NCBI RefSeq assembly: GCF_963676685.1
Contig: NC_092347.1
Coordinates: forward strand, 82,832,001 to 82,896,000
Reading direction: 5' to 3'
Length of the DNA: 64,000 nucleotides
Origin: Mytilus edulis
Lineage: Eukaryota
In this document: positions 62,387 to 64,000 of the stretch, in pieces
Layout: each line of letters opens with the position of its first letter
How positions within the stretch are numbered: the first letter of the stretch is position 1
Program-made: the position numbers and the translations under genes
Notes under the pieces: model-generated
The model's input: only the letters and a program-made list of their open reading frames with translations
Told to the model about the DNA's origin: nothing
Database searches by the model: none

Positions 62387-64000
62387 CTGAATTACTCCTG
62401 AGAATTGCTCTCACCTACATGTATTTAACTTATTCACATCACCATTTATGTTATATTATTTAATATTGTTATGTCTGAGGGTTATATCTATGATTGATGT
62501 TTTTTTTTCTATGTTTAATATATATTTACATCTATATATAGCTATCTTCTTAGTTATTGCTTATACAAATACATGAATCAAAACAAAACAAAAAACGTGT
62601 GAGCTGTAACGAACGCAGACACTCGTCTCAGAATCAACCCCCCCCCCCCCCCCCCCCCCTAGATCCCCCTACAAATCTGAGACGATTGTCTGTGGTGGTG
62701 AATGTTCAATTACTGCATGAAGATTAACAAAACATGCCAAAACATGCGAATGCATATTTAAGATATTTAAATCAATAGATAAATGATAGAAAATAGAAGA
62801 AAAAGAATATAAATCCACTTTTATCGACTGATTGGTGTGTATAACATGCATGACCTACTTAACAATCTGCATATTTGCTGTGTCAATGGCTTTAAATAGA
62901 TTTATTTGTATTCGGGAGAGAAAAAAAACCATATAGAATGATTTGTATGTATACGTTATTATTGCTTTGTTTAAAATATATTTTATATATGTATTGAAGC
63001 GTTTATTTGCTTTCTGTTTAAATATGTATATTTGAATGAAGATTTATTTGGATAACGGTCGATCTATATCTAGATTATTCCGGTTTTCACCCGTTTATTT
63101 ATATATTTATAGAATACGAAATTTTTCACATGTTCTCTGATATCATTAAGGTATCGTAATCTGGAAGTTACATATGATGCTACATGGCATGTTGTTTGCT
63201 TTTGAAAAAGGTAGGAACGATATATTTACACATATTTTACATGCCTATGGTCCATGAGATATCACACTCTAGTGTCAGCTACCTGTTGGAAACCAAAAGG
63301 CTATCATATTTTCTGCTGACACAGGATGACCCATATACATGCTTACCATTTTTGTTTTTGTTTTTGGCTAGTTGATTATATGTTTAACTAAACTAAATGT
63401 GTACAATATATATATGGAACTAATTGTGTACAATCTATATATGGAACTAAGTTAACATGGAACTCATTGTGTATACACACTATATAAATGGAACTATCTA
63501 TGTATGGGTATATATTTTTGGCTATATATGTATCATGTACATCTATATCAATCACACTTGCATTATAAAGCATTATAATATATGATTACAATTATATAGG
63601 TTCTTTATCCTTATTTTTCATTAATGTATTTGATTTTTATATTATTGTTTGTATTGTACATGTTCAGTTGTATTATGAAAATTGTTGATGTTGTAACTTG
63701 ATGTTTATGCCCTTTCGGGCCCATAATTTGAAATGAAATCTTCTTCTTCTAGCTTCTTCTCGATATGATCGTCCTCGTAAGAATCAGGGATGGCTAAATT
63801 GTGGTCTGTTATAATTGAAGTAGGAATGTAGCATGAGGAGTAATTGGTCTACGAGAAGGGTTGTAATACGTTAGAAAGTAAACGATTCGTTTATGTTGTA
63901 GTTGGTTATCAATCCAGAAGAAGATATGCAAAATGGTTCACTAGTTGATTCCTCAAATTTTCCTTAAAAGTATGGTTCTTAATTTTTACATTTTATCTGC

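Overview
AT-rich, intron-containing animal DNA. The repeat content suggests a bivalve mollusc, probably a mussel (inference). The window holds a cluster of four spliced ependymin-related protein (EPDR) genes, oriented +, -, -, +, whose exons I reconstructed by hand from GT-AG junctions and conserved exon sizes (132/114/76/165/83 nt). An intronless 911-aa ankyrin-repeat + Mab-21/cGAS-like nucleotidyltransferase (cGLR) gene with an intact catalytic motif set sits inside the cluster, between two long inverted repeats. Also present: a very young, internally deleted BEL/Pao LTR retrotransposon nested in a tRNA-headed repeat array, several minimal hammerhead ribozymes, Penelope-type RT remnants, a Helentron-type non-autonomous element, MITEs, minisatellites, and an orphan disordered-protein gene with a duplicated upstream region. 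The most unusual structure is exon 3 of the second EPDR gene, which is flanked by a 17-copy array of its own splice acceptor and a 14-copy array of its own splice donor. All calls were made by eye, with no database searches.
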